Assembly (NCBI RefSeq): GCF_004010195.1
Contig: NW_025215060.1
Coordinates: 1-53,529 of the forward strand
Length of the DNA: 53,529 nucleotides
Direction: 5' to 3'
DNA from: Chiloscyllium plagiosum
Taxonomy: Eukaryota
Below the pieces are notes generated by a model. The model ran no database searches. It was not told the DNA's origin and saw only the letters and a program-made list of their open reading frames with translations. The position numbers and the translations under genes were made by a program. Shown in pieces: positions 39,592-51,125 of the stretch; within the stretch, counting starts at the first letter, position 1, and the number at the start of each line of letters is the position of its first letter.

Positions 39592-41136
39592 TATCTTTGT
39601 GGTCTTAACTTTAGAACATCGAAATGATAATCATTACATGTTCGTTACGTAATTTCTACACTGTATAACTGCAGTTTAAAGTCTTCAAATTCTTCTTAAA
39701 GTGTAATCTTCAGGTGTTACGTGGTGTCACGTGCACAGAATTCTAATCTCTTATCAACTGGATAGTTTGCAAACATCCCCAGTCCATTCACACCTTCCCA
39801 AGTGACCCTTAATTTATTTTGTCAGGGCTTGTCACTCTGTGGGGAAAGTTCTAGTCAAACATGGTAATGGGGAAGAGGAGTATAAAGCTAAGTCCTCAGT
39901 TGAAGAAAAAGGATGATGAAAAGGAGCCCTCATATGAAAGGCTGTCATGTACTAATTTAATTTAACTTTTCTGCTGCACAGGCAAAAACGGTAATCCACT
40001 GGCGCAGCATGTTCCACAAATAGGTAATGAAATTAATAAGCATTTAGGCAGTGACGATAGTGATGTTTATTGAGGAAAGACTAGCAATCAAAGCACTGGA
40101 GCACCTTGTCCTCATTCAGATTATATACGATAGTTTACAAACAACTGACCGACTGAACAGTGACTCAGGTTAACATCCAATTTTAAACATTCTGCCTCCA
40201 TACAAATACATGCTGTCTTCAATATTATTACCAGTTCAAATCTGGAACTCAGTTTGATCTCTGTCTAGATTTAGAGATGAGAATGCTGTCATTGAGCCAA
40301 GTTTCCACTGACTGAACAAAAAGTACAGTTTTGCAACGATCCAATTACTTCAAATTATTCTGTTGGCTTCAAAACAAAACAATATAATACAATTAAATTT
40401 GGCTCAAAGCTCTTACTTGTGGCATTGCATCCGGGAGTTAAGACCAATGTAATCTTTAGGTGAAGAAAAGCTGGATTGTGATAGACAATTAAATCAGAAG
40501 TTGTAAATGTATTTCAGTGCCAATTCCATAACCCTGACTTTTATGAACTGATTACATTCAAATATGAATGTAAACAATGCTATCATAGTGAAGTTATGCA
40601 GTGACAATGGTGGTCGTATAGAGCCTTAATTCGAAGACAGGGTACATACAGCATGATCAGCCTACACTAGGAGTTCCACTGTAAAATTAGATATAAAAGT
40701 GTAAAAAAAAATTAGAATTCAAATTTATTTTGAATTCTGTCCACTATGGGAGAACAGCAGGCCAATTAGGATGACGTTTCTTCTTTTCCGAAACTATTTT
40801 TATCCATTGTATTGCCTGTGCCTTCATTCTTTCACCACTAGTGGTTATATACTTATGGCTAAAAAGAGTGACAAAGAGTGCATTTTTACTATGATGTCAC
40901 TACAAGTGTAAGGAATAACTCTTGGCACTTTATATTCAGAATTGTATTTTTTAAAAGTATTTATTTCCTCATGGGATGTGGACATCACGGACAAAAATTA
41001 GCATTTTAAAAAAACTATTTTCATATAATGTGGTCACATTAATTTATTTCATTACATCAAACCTTTTCATTAAATGAAGTGTTCCATACTTATTCATTTT
41101 TAATCTAATATTTAAAGCATTTTGCCATATTTTCAG

Positions 41137-43282
41137 GTTGAATAGGTTAGGGCTGTTTTCCCTGGATCATCAGATGCTGAGGGGTGACCTGATAGAGGTT
41201 AATAAAATCACGAGGGGCATGGATAGGATAAATAGAAAAAGTCTTTTCCCTAGAGTGGGGGAGTCAAGAGCTAGAGGACATAGGTTTAGGGTGAGAGGGG
41301 AAAAGATTTGAAAGGAACCTCAGGTTCCTTTCAGGGGCATCTGGAGGGATATGGGCCAAGTGCTGGCCGGTGGGATGAGATTGGGTTGGGATATCTGGTC
41401 GGCATGGATGAGTTGGACCAAAGGGTCTGTCTCCGTGCTGTACATCCCTATGACTATGACTATATTCGAAACAATGTCTATGAACTTGTTGTGCAAATCA
41501 GTACAAAGGAGAATGATTTAGTTGCCATTACAGAAACCTAATTGCAGGGTGGTGATGAGTGGGAATTAAATATCCAAGGGTATTATGTAATTAGAAAGGA
41601 TAGGCAGGAAGGTAAGGAAGGTAGGGTTGTGCTTTTAATTAAGAATGAGATTAGGGTGATAAGGAGAGACGATATAGGATCTAATAAGCCAAAATACTGA
41701 ATCCATTTGGGTCTAGATCAGGAACAGTAAACGGAAGAAGTCATTGGGTGGAGTAGTCTATAAGGGAGCATGCAATCTTAGATCTGGTCCTGTGTAATGA
41801 GACAGGTAAAATTAATGATCTCGTAGTTAAGGAGCTCTCAAAAAGAGTGATCACAGCATCATCGAGTTTTGGATATAAATGGGGGGTGAAATATTATTAT
41901 TTAAAACCAGGGTGTTATGCTTAAACAAGGGAGACTATGATAGGATGAGGAAGGAGTTAGCTAAATTAGACTAGGAACAAGTGGTGGAACAGTTGGGGAA
42001 CAGTGGAGGACTTTTAAAAGAGATTCTTCACAGTGATCGAGGCAAGTATATTCTAGTCAAAAACAAGGGTAGCAAGGGAAGGAACAGCCAGTTTTAAATA
42101 ACCAAGGAAATAGTTAGAGTGGCATGGTGGCTCAGTGGTTAGCACTGCTACCTCACCACACCAGGAAGCAGAGTTTGATTCCTGCCTCAGGTGACTGTAT
42201 TGAATTTGTACATTCTCCCAGTGTCTGCGTGGGTTTCCTCTGAGTACTCGGGTTTCCTCCCATAGCCCAAAGATGTACAGGCCAGATGAATTGGCCATGC
42301 AAAATTGCCCACAGCGTTAGGTACATTAGTCAGGGGTAAATGTAGGGGAATGGGTCTGGGTGGGTTACTCTTCGGAGGGTTAGTTGTTGGGCCGAAGGGC
42401 CTGTTTCCATACTGTTGGGAATCTAATCTAATCTAAATTAAAAGAAGGCATCCAATTAAAAGATCAGGCTGACAAAGTAGCCAAGAGTAGAAGGAAACAG
42501 GAAGATTGGGAAATTTTAAAAAGCAACAAAGAATCACAAAGCAAGCAATAAAGAAAAGAAAGACAGATTATGAATGCAAACTAGCACAGAATATAAAAAC
42601 AGGTAGGAAAGTTTTTGTAAATATATAAAATGGAAAAAAGGGTGGCTAAAGTGGACATAGGTCCCTTGCAGGATGATATTTAAATTGGGTAATATTGAAA
42701 CAGCCAAGACCTTGAACAGCTATTTTGTGTCCGTCTTCTCACTGGAAGATGTGTCTGACATGTCAAAGATGTTAAGGATACAATGGGAGGTGAGGACCTC
42801 AATTCAATTGTAACCACTCAAGCGATTGTGTTGAGCAAACATGAGGGTCTAAAGGTAGATAAGTCCCCTGGTCCTACTCGCTAGAGTTTACAAGAATGAG
42901 AAGGGATCTTCTAGAAACATCTAAAATTATGAAAGGGATAAATAAGATAGAAACGGGCAAGTTGTTTCCACTGGTGGGTGAGACTAGGATCAGGAGACAT
43001 GGCCTCAAGATTAAAGGGAGTAGAGTTGAGGAGGAACTGCTTTTCCCAGACAGTAGTGAATCTATGGAATTCTTTGCTCAAGGAAGCAGTAGAGGCAACT
43101 TCGTTAAATCTACTTAAGACACAGTTGGATGGGTTTTTGCATGATAGGGGAATTAAGGGTTATGGGATAATGCAGGTAGGAGGAGCTGAGATGATGGATC
43201 GATCAGCCATGATCTTAATGAATGGCGGAGCTGGCACAACTGTCCAAATGGCCTACTCTTGCTTCTATTACTATGAAACTAT
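41137..43282 (+). mobile_element. Adjacent CR1 fragments (3' tail 41137-41461; EN/RT pieces and 3' end 41462-43282)
   Basis: DLVAITET endonuclease motif, DKSPGP, and ORF 42978..43310 (RRNCFSQTVVNLWNSL..LKTQLD). Confidence 0.8.
42119..42437 (+). mobile_element. HE1-type V-SINE nested in CR1
   Basis: tggcatggtggctcagtggttagcactgc head, V-domain and (AATCT)n tail. Confidence 0.85.
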
Positions 43283-43346
43283 AAAATTGCTGATCATTCT
43301 GCATTATTAATAATTACAGACTGGTGTGTAAGATAGGGTTATATTG

Positions 43347-43541
43347 GGTCCCAATATACCGGCCACTGCAGCGGACAGCTGGAACTGACAACCGGAAGCG
43401 GCAGAGACAAACCACTATAAATGCTGGAGGAAACATCACAGAAGCGCTTCACAGGAGGCTCCCAAGCACTGAGGATGTCACCTAGACAGGGGACGAAACG
43501 TCTGCAACACAAATTCCCAGCTCGGCAAACAGAACCACAAC
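43347..43541 (+). mobile_element. Penelope-like element 3' end (end of ORF plus pseudo-LTR)
   Basis: Reads ...PIYRPLQRTAGT, resembling the C-terminus of a Penelope GIY-YIG ORF, followed by the hammerhead motif. It retains several CpGs, so it is probably young. Confidence 0.7.
43466..43505 (+). ncRNA. Minimal type I hammerhead ribozyme motif in a Penelope pseudo-LTR
   Basis: GCA-CUGAGGA-U-[GUCaCCU agac AGGgGAC]-GAAA-C-GUC-UGC. The CUGANGA and GAAA core is intact, stem II is present, helix III is the palindrome ACGU, and the GUC cleavage triplet ends at 43502. Stem I is a 3-bp GCA/UGC pairing. Confidence 0.75.
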
Positions 43542-44933
43542 ATTGTGGACCCAATTTAAAATCACATTTTTCCATATAATTTTCATAATTTCACTTCATC
43601 TATGAAAGAAGATTACAAGATACATTTGTAGTATCTTAACTTGTGGACCCAATTTTAAATCTGTGCATGTCGGCAGTTTATTAATGGATCAAAAATCTTA
43701 CCCACATATTTCTCCTAGTAAGTCAATAAAATATTGTACATAGTCTTTAGAAGGGATTATTCGTAAAAGAAAGCTAGCAAGTTTTCTCCGTTTGTTTTTG
43801 TAAACATTATAATCTTCATACAACGTACATTACCTTGAGAAATTCTCTTCTCATACAAGAACAGCAATCTCTAATTTTTTTTCAATAGCTTCTGGCACAC
43901 AAGATGCAGCCTTCTGAAACCATGTTTCCTGTATGTTATGCAGTAAGGAATGTCAGTATTATTTAGTTAACATGAACACAAATGCTATCCTTGTTAAATT
44001 CCTCAGAAATAGTGCAGTCATCCACTATGCTGACTTGAGTCCAAATCATTGGATAGCATCTATTAATAGTAGTCTGTTGTAACAAGTTATAGTTTCACTT
44101 TCCACATTGTGCATGATTAAAATCTACTGACATCAAACGGGTGTGATATAATACAACTCAAATTTTACTTCCAATGATTGTATGCAGCATTTTATGAAAC
44201 ACACTGCATTCGAATTTTTATTCAATGTTGTTGCCAAATTGCATACTCAAGAACTGAGTATCAGTCATGAGTAAAAGCATCATAATAAACCTTTCTTCAT
44301 AGATGCCTTAGGGTTAAGGACAACTGAAAAACTCCCATTGTTGTCCATGACCACATGAAAGTGAGTTGGTTGAAAAGTATCTGCATGTTCAAGATGGGCA
44401 AGGAAAATAATGTGGAGACACGTGGAAAATGATGTCTCCAGTTATGTCGCCCAGGCTAATAGTCTATCAACATGAACTACTTCATCTCACACAACATAAA
44501 TGCTTAGTTGAGGCGGCTACTGGTATCCATGAATGGTAATCAGCTATGAGTTGATGTCTTCAGTAAAGGAAATAAAAAATTAATTAAAAAGAAACACAGA
44601 AGAAACATGTTCTCAGATATTTTATCCTTATTTGAATGCAACTATATCTTCAAAAACTCACAAGCTTTTATTTGTCACCAGTGTGTTAATATTGAATTGA
44701 AACTTTGTAGCAAAGCATGAGAAGTTCACTCAGATCTGGCAAAGCCAACTGATCTGGAATTTGCTATTGACACCTATAATTTAGAACTAAAATTATTGTA
44801 CACTGCAGACTACATTTATTCAGCTATTTATTACCAACATACATGAAGGAGTGGAGTTGTATTTGAAGGGCTTGAGGTTTTGGGTCAAAGTTCAGATTCA
44901 ACCGACTGGATACAGCACAGCCACAATGCCATT

Positions 44934-47735
44934 TAGAGTCAGAGTTATAGAGTTGTTCAGCACGGAAATAGACCCTTCAGTCCAATTCGTCCATGCCGAC
45001 CAGATATCTTAATCTAATCTAGTCCAATTTGCTAGCATTTGGCCCATATCCTTCTAAACTCTTTCTATTCACATACCCATCCAGATGCCTTTTAATTGTT
45101 ATAATTGTACCAGCCTCCACTACTTCCTTTGGTAGCTCATTCCATACATGCACCACCCTCTGTGTGAAAAAGTTGCCCCTTAGGTCTCTCTTATTTCTTT
45201 CCCCTCTCACCCTAAACCTGTGCCCTCTACTTCTGAACGCCCTCTCCCCAGGGAAAAAACCTTGTCTATTTATCCTATCCATGCCCCTCTTGATTTTGTA
45301 AACCTCTATAAGGTCACCCCTCAGCCTCCAATGCTCCACGGAAAACAGCCCCAGCCTATTCAGCTTCTCCCAATAGCTCAAAACCTCCAACCCTGACAAC
45401 ATCCTTGTAAAAGCATCCTTTTCTGAACCCTTTCATTTCACAACATCATTCCAATAGTAAGGAGACCAGAATTGCATGCAATATTCCAAATGTGGCCGAA
45501 CCAATGTCCTGTACAGCCACAACATGACTTCCCAACTCTTATACTCAATGCTCTGACCAATAAGAAAGCATACCAAACGCCTTCTTCACTATCCTATCTA
45601 CTTGCAACTCTAATTTCAAGGAACTATGAACCTGCAATCCAAAATCTTTGTTCAGCAACACTCCTCAGGACCAAGTGTAGAAGTCCTGCTCTGATTTGCT
45701 TTTCCACAATGCAGCACCTTGCATTTATCTAAATTAAACTCCATCTGCGACTTCTCAGCTCATTATTCCATCTGATCAAGATCCCATTGTACTCTGAGGT
45801 AACCTTCTTCACTTTCCACTACACCTTCAATTTTGGTGCAATCTGCAGACTTACTAACTGTACCTCCTATGTTCACATCCAGATCATTTATATAAATGAC
45901 AAAAAGCAGTGGACCCAGCACCAATCCTTGTGGCACACCACTGGTCACAGGCCTCCAGTCTGACAAGCAACTCTCCAGCACCCCCTCTGTCTTCTACCTT
46001 CAAGCCACTTCTGTATCAAATGGATAATTCACCCTACATTCCATGAGATCTAACCTTGCAGACCAGTCTCCCATGAGGAACATTGTCAAAAGCCTTACCG
46101 AAGTCCATATAGATCAAGTCTATCGCCCTTCCCTCATCAATCCTCTTGGTTATTCCTTCAAAAAACTTAATCAAATTCATGAGACATGATTTCCCACGCA
46201 CAAAGTCATGTTGACTATCCCAATCAGTTCTTGCCTTTCCAAATACACGCAAATCCTGTCCTCAGGATTCACTCCAACAACCTGCCCACCACTGATGTCA
46301 GGCTCACTGGTCTATAGTTCCCTGGCTTTTCCTTATCACCTTCCTTAAATAGTGGCACCCACGTTAGCCAACCTCCAGTTTTCTGGCACCTCACCTGTGA
46401 CTATCAATGATACAAATATCTCAGTAAGAGGCCCAGCAATCACTTCCCTAGCTTTCCACAGAGTTCTAAGGTACACCTGATCAGGTCCTGGGGATTTGTC
46501 CACTTTTCTGCATTTCAAGACATCCAGTACCTCCTCCTCTGTAATATGGACATATTTCAAAATGTCACCATCTATTTTCCCACATTCTACTGTCCTACTG
46601 CACAGTAAACACTATTGCAAAATGCTTGTTTAGTATCTCCCCATCTCCTGCAGCTCCACACATAGGCTGCGTTGCTGATCTTTGAGGGGCCTTATTCTCT
46701 CCCTAGTTATCCTGTTGTCCTTAATGTATCTGTAAAATCCCTTCGGATTCTCCTTTACCCTATTTGCCAAAGCTATCTCATGTCCCCTTTTTGCCCTCCT
46801 GATTTTCCTCCTTAGTATACTCCTACTGCCTTCATACTCTAAGGAATCATTGATATCTCCTGTCTCTACATATGCTTCCTTCATTTTCTTAACCGAAACC
46901 TCATTTTCTCTGGTCATCCAGCACTCCTTATACCTACTAGTCTTTCCTTTCACCCTAACAGGAATATACTGTCTCTGGACTCCTGTTATATCATTTATGA
47001 AAGGTTGCCATTTTCCACCTTTCCCTTTATCTCCAAACATCTGCCCCCAAAACGCTTTTGAAAGTTCTTGCCTAAAATCATCAAAATTAGCCTTCCTCCA
47101 ATTTAAAACTTCAACTTTTACATCTGATCAATCTTTTTCCATCGCTATTTTAAAACTAATTATGGTCGCTGACCCCAAAGTGCTCCCCCACTGACACTTT
47201 AGTCATCTGCCCTGCCTTATATCCCAAGAGTAGGTCACGTTTTGCACCTTCTCTAGTAGCTACATCCACATACTGAATCAGAAAACTTTCTTATCCACAC
47301 TTCACAAATTCATCTCCATCTAAACCCTTAACACTATGACAGCCCCAGTCTGTGTTTGGAAAGTTAAAATCCTCTACAATAACCACTTTATTATTCTTAC
47401 AGCTAACTGAAATTCCCTTACAAATTTGTTTCTCAATTTCCCGCTTACTATTTGGAGGTGTTTAATACAATCCAAATAAAGTGATCATCCCTTTCTTATT
47501 TCTCAGTTCCACCAAATAACTTCCCTGGATGTATTCCCAGGAATATCCTCCCTACATTCAGCAGTAATGTTATCCCTTATCAAAAACACCACGCCCCCCC
47601 TCCTCTCTTGACCCCCTTTCTATCCTTCCTGTAGCATTTGTATCCTGGAACACTAAGCTGCCAGTCCTGTCCATCCCTGAGCCACATTTCTGTAATTGCT
47701 ATGATATCCCAGTCCCATGTTTCTAACCATGCCCC
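44934..47735 (-). mobile_element. CR1/HER1 LINE, 5'-truncated, about 2.8 kb
   Basis: ORFs 45019-47040 ([58 protein letters not shown]); same subfamily as 5173-10465. Confidence 0.9.
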
Positions 47736-47984
47736 TTGTATCAAATTTCATTATACTCAAGAATTTTAGAGTTAAATGACTAAAATCTTCTGCACAAGAG
47801 TCCTGTGGATGTAATTATTCAACCTCAAAACAGATGGCAGGGAAGTGGTGAGGGTGCAGTGTTGTTCATTGATAGGACATCTGCCTCTAACTCCACAGGA
47901 ACAAATGCTGCATTGTCAGAAATAAAAGTAATACATTCTGATGCTCTAAGACTATGTGAGAAGGGGAACTCTACCCCATTTTTT

Positions 47985-48262
47985 AATGAGATGTTAAACC
48001 GAGGGCCACCTTCATTCGCAGGTGGATGTCAGATTTTCTGTGGCACTTCAGACTTCTTACTGTGTCCAAATTAACTTGTATTTCTTGACCAATATTAACA
48101 AAACAGATGAATTGGTTACTTGTCTCACTGATTTTGTGGGACCTAGCTGGGTACAAAATGTTTTCTTGCATTACAATTACATTTCAAAAGTACGCAATTA
48201 ACTATAAAGTGTTTGCAGACATTTTCATTGTGAAAGGCACAACGTAAATCCAGGTTCTTCTT
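47985..48262 (+). mobile_element. Old DeuSINE (SacSINE1-like) remnant
   Basis: gagatgttaaaccgagggcc..caggtggatgt, aaaacagatgaattggttac, ttcaaaagtac..gtgaaaggcacaacgtaaatccagg resemble the Deu domain and L2-type tail. Recognised from memory, not by search. Confidence 0.55.
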
Positions 48263-48444
48263 CTTGTAAAGTATTGACATATACTGATAGTTGTACTTCT
48301 CCCAGTGGTTTTCAACGTGCAGCAAATAGTAATGTTATCTTGTTTCTTTCTCGGTCATGAAGAGTAGTTATTTACTACTCCTCCCTACTGAGGCAATACA
48401 CCAAGTGAGATATTGGACAACTCAACAGCAAACTAATTTCAAGA

Positions 48445-48632
48445 AAGTTGAAAGCTGTAGATGTTGGAGAGTCAGAGTTGATAAGGTGTGGTGCTGGAAA
48501 AACCACAGCAGGTAAGGCAGCATCCGAAGAGCAAGAGAGTCGATGTTTCGGACAGAACCCTTCAAGACTGAAATATTGACTCTCTTGCTCCTCGGATGCT
48601 GCCTGACCTGCTGTGCTTTTTCCAGCGTCACG
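48445..48632. mobile_element. Penelope pseudo-LTR pair in inverted (foldback) arrangement
   Basis: gctggaaaaaccacagcaggtaaggcagcatccgaagagcaagagagtc is followed by its reverse complement gactctcttgctcctcggatgctgcctgacctgctgtgctttttccagc. Confidence 0.75.
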
Positions 48633-49107
48633 TTTAAGCAAACTAACTGCTCAACTTAGAAGATGATGCAATAACAAATAACATAAAACAAATTAAATTG
48701 AAGTACCAAAAAAACTGATCAAATTTGGAGAGTTAACGGAATTCTATTAACAAAAAAAGAAAAAAATAGGTTAGAACAAAACTTCAACTGTTAGATGGAT
48801 ATACTCCTACCACATAAAACGGAGGATGTAAGTTGGATTGAAGCTTTCTTGTCTAAAACTTTTACAGGAGCTGCACAGATGTTTGGTTGAAACATTGTAA
48901 CAATTTCTACATAACCAAGCTCAAGGACAAAGCTTGCAATGAAATACAATACAGAAAAATCCGATGGTTTCTTTTGAGCTGAGAATTGTCTATATGGCAA
49001 CTTCAGTGCAGAATTAAGATATACTAAAGAAGGTACAAGTTTTGTTATTCTTTCATATACTATTTGGAATTAAAAAGTCTCGACAACAGCACTGGCATAA
49101 GTAGAAT

Positions 49108-49209
49108 ATACTTTTCCTGCTCCTCGGATGCTGCCTGAACCTGCTGTGCTTTTCCAGCACCACTCTGATCTGAGCACTGGTTTCCAGCATCTGCAGTCCT
49201 CACTTTTGC
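49108..49209 (+). mobile_element. Penelope pseudo-LTR tail fragment
   Basis: cctgctcctcggatgctgcctga...ccagcatctgcagtcctcacttt matches the other copies in the window. Confidence 0.7.
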
Positions 49210-49841
49210 GGTACAGCTTTTGTGATTTTGCTCACTAGACTTCACCCTAACATTCCACCAAATTTAATTGCTCAAACTCAAATTGGACAGGTTCCAGTGT
49301 ATTCCTGGTGACTATGGAACTATACCCAATAAACAACTGCTGCTCAAGTGAGCTCATGGGCACAATTTACATAATGATATTAACACTCCATTTTATTTTT
49401 CTTCCAGCAATATCCTGTTGCAAGACTGAGACCACGTTTTTGAAAAAGATTTTAAATAATCAGATTGTAATTGACACCTATTCCGAATCCGTGCCACACA
49501 TTACTGCGACTATAACCTAATAATGTTTTTAGGAATTATCAAAATCAATTAGTACGATATTTATAGATTTTTAAAAATAAGATATTAGTATGTTATGCAC
49601 CCAATTACTGTTACATCTTACATTGCCCGCCACTCGCAGGAGGCCTCAAGAATATTCATACTGACAATCCTCTCTGAGCTAGGGAGAACGTATTTGAAGG
49701 ACGCGTGTGGTCCGGTTTGGATTCTGGCAAACAGTAACCGTTCATTAGAAAAGTCACACACCAGGCGAGAAAACGAGCCGGAGAAATTAATCTGAAGGTA
49801 TCGTTGCAAAAAAGAAAAAGGAACAAATACAGAATGGTGAT

Positions 49842-49883
49842 CACGTGTTCGGAGAGAAACAAGAAAGGATCACAGAGCACGTG
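49842..49883. promoter_or_regulatory. Paired CACGTG E-boxes in proximal intron 1
   Basis: CACGTG at 49842-49847 and 49878-49883, inside the CpG-retaining zone. Confidence 0.4.
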
Positions 49884-50238
49884 GTGTGGCGCAGTAATGT
49901 ACTGTAAATGCAATTAAGAATAGAAACTGCAATGAAATCAATTTAAAACATTGCGCCCGTTTCGTAAAAGGGAAGGTTTATGAAAAAGCACCCAGCATCG
50001 CGCAATAGAGAACGGTATTTATAATGTCGTAACTAGACATATTCCATAACATAGTAGTGTGTCTATTGCGCTATTTTAAGGTTGATCAAAATTGCACATC
50101 AAAACGTCCATTGCTGATCTTTGTTCCAAATGAAGTTAAATTTGCAAGCCATTACTAAAGAGTTAAAACATTGTGAACATTTTTTAAAAAGCACGTTTGC
50201 CTCCCTTGCTGAGTGTGAGCGGCTGCCTGTATACTCAC

Positions 50239-50806
50239 AGATGCAGAGACAAGCCACTAACTTGGCTCCATTCTCGGGCACCGCACAGTCGGGAAAGCAG
50301 GGTTTGATGATGTAAGTGGCGAAGACCAGTGCCACGATGTACTGCGAGCTGGGCCGGATGATGAGCAACTCGATCCAGAGCTTGAGGAAGGCCACCACTG
50401 AGCCGTACACCTCGAGGATGTAGGCGTAGTCGCCGCCGGACTTGACGATGGTGGTGCCCAGCTCGGCGTAGCAGAGCGCCCCGACTGTGGAGAAGACGCC
50501 GCACATTGCCCAGATGATCAGGGAGAAACCCACCGAGCCCGCCTCCCGCACCACCCCGGTCGGTGTGATGAAGATCCCCGAGCCGATAATGGTCCCCACG
50601 ATGATGGCCACGCCGCTCCGCAGGGTGATGGTTCGCTTCAGGACCATGTCCGAGTCCGTTGGCTGCTCCTGGGTGGCCGGGAAGCTGTCCCTGTCCGGGG
50701 ACAGCCCCGGCTCCCCATTCTCATGTGCTGTTAACATACTGTCCTTCACCTGACCATCTGTTTCCCCTTGCTCCTTCACCAAGCTTCTCTTCTTCAGGTT
50801 AGACAT
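50239..50806 (-). CDS. SLC7A5: SLC7A5/LAT1 coding exon 1 (aa 1-189 plus 1 nt)
   Basis: Translation contains the LAT1 segments [68 protein letters not shown] and AKLVACLC. The exon ends ...TGC ATC T|GTGAGT (donor at 50233-50238, phase 1), the same position as human SLC7A5 exon 1. Confidence 0.96.
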
Positions 50807-51036
50807 GTGAACAGAGCGCAGTCCCAGTGCTTTTAGGAAATGCTAGTTTAATGCAACCCAGTCCTTTTCCCAGTGGCGGTGTTTTTATCTGCAAAGCCGC
50901 TACCGCTGCCCCTGTACAACTGAATACGATCTCACTTGGTTCTCGCTTTTAAGAGCCGAATTCGGTCCAAAAAATATCAGTCCTCCTTTCTGAAAAGCGT
51001 CATATTCACCCATTCATCTCACCAGTACATCCTGCA

Positions 51037-51125
51037 TGATGCAACACCACTTCATCATCAGTTCGAGCCTCGCGAGGAGTCGCTCTCTTGTAGTAAACTG
51101 AAGGCACGTGTTTGTCTGATGCAAC
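51037..51125 (+). promoter_or_regulatory. Two C/EBP-ATF (AARE/CARE, ATF4-type) elements plus an E-box
   Basis: TGATGCAAC at 51037-51045 and 51117-51125 (consensus TGATGxAAx), with CACGTG at 51105-51110 between them. Mammalian SLC7A5 is a known ATF4, MYC and HIF target. Confidence 0.6.

Larger units (their letters stand above)
49600..51125 (-). promoter_or_regulatory. CpG-rich 5' region / promoter of SLC7A5
   Basis: CpG is visibly retained from the start of intron 1 through exon 1 to about 300 bp upstream of the ATG, against a CpG-depleted background. A TATA-like GATAAAAA lies on the minus strand at 50882-50889. The TSS cannot be determined from sequence. Confidence 0.7.

Noticed and set aside
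5173..47735. Any intact, autonomous retroelement or prokaryote-type system (CRISPR array, operon)
   Set aside because: All RT and endonuclease ORFs are broken by stops and frameshifts. I saw no regularly spaced repeat-spacer arrays, and the sequence is vertebrate intronic DNA.
48664..48672. Isolated TGATGCAAT in intron 1 (similar matches near 3568, 13314, 31400 and 53006)
   Set aside because: Single 8-9-mers occur at background frequency, several of them inside TEs. They cannot be supported without conservation data.
50099..50238. ORF extension [10 protein letters not shown]...QQWTF after LAT1 exon 1
   Set aside because: This is read-through into intron 1 past a strong GTGAGT donor.
50235..50753. 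Overlapping alternative-frame and antisense ORFs (50235..50504, 50487..50753)
   Set aside because: They are by-products of high GC3 and few stop codons in exon 1.
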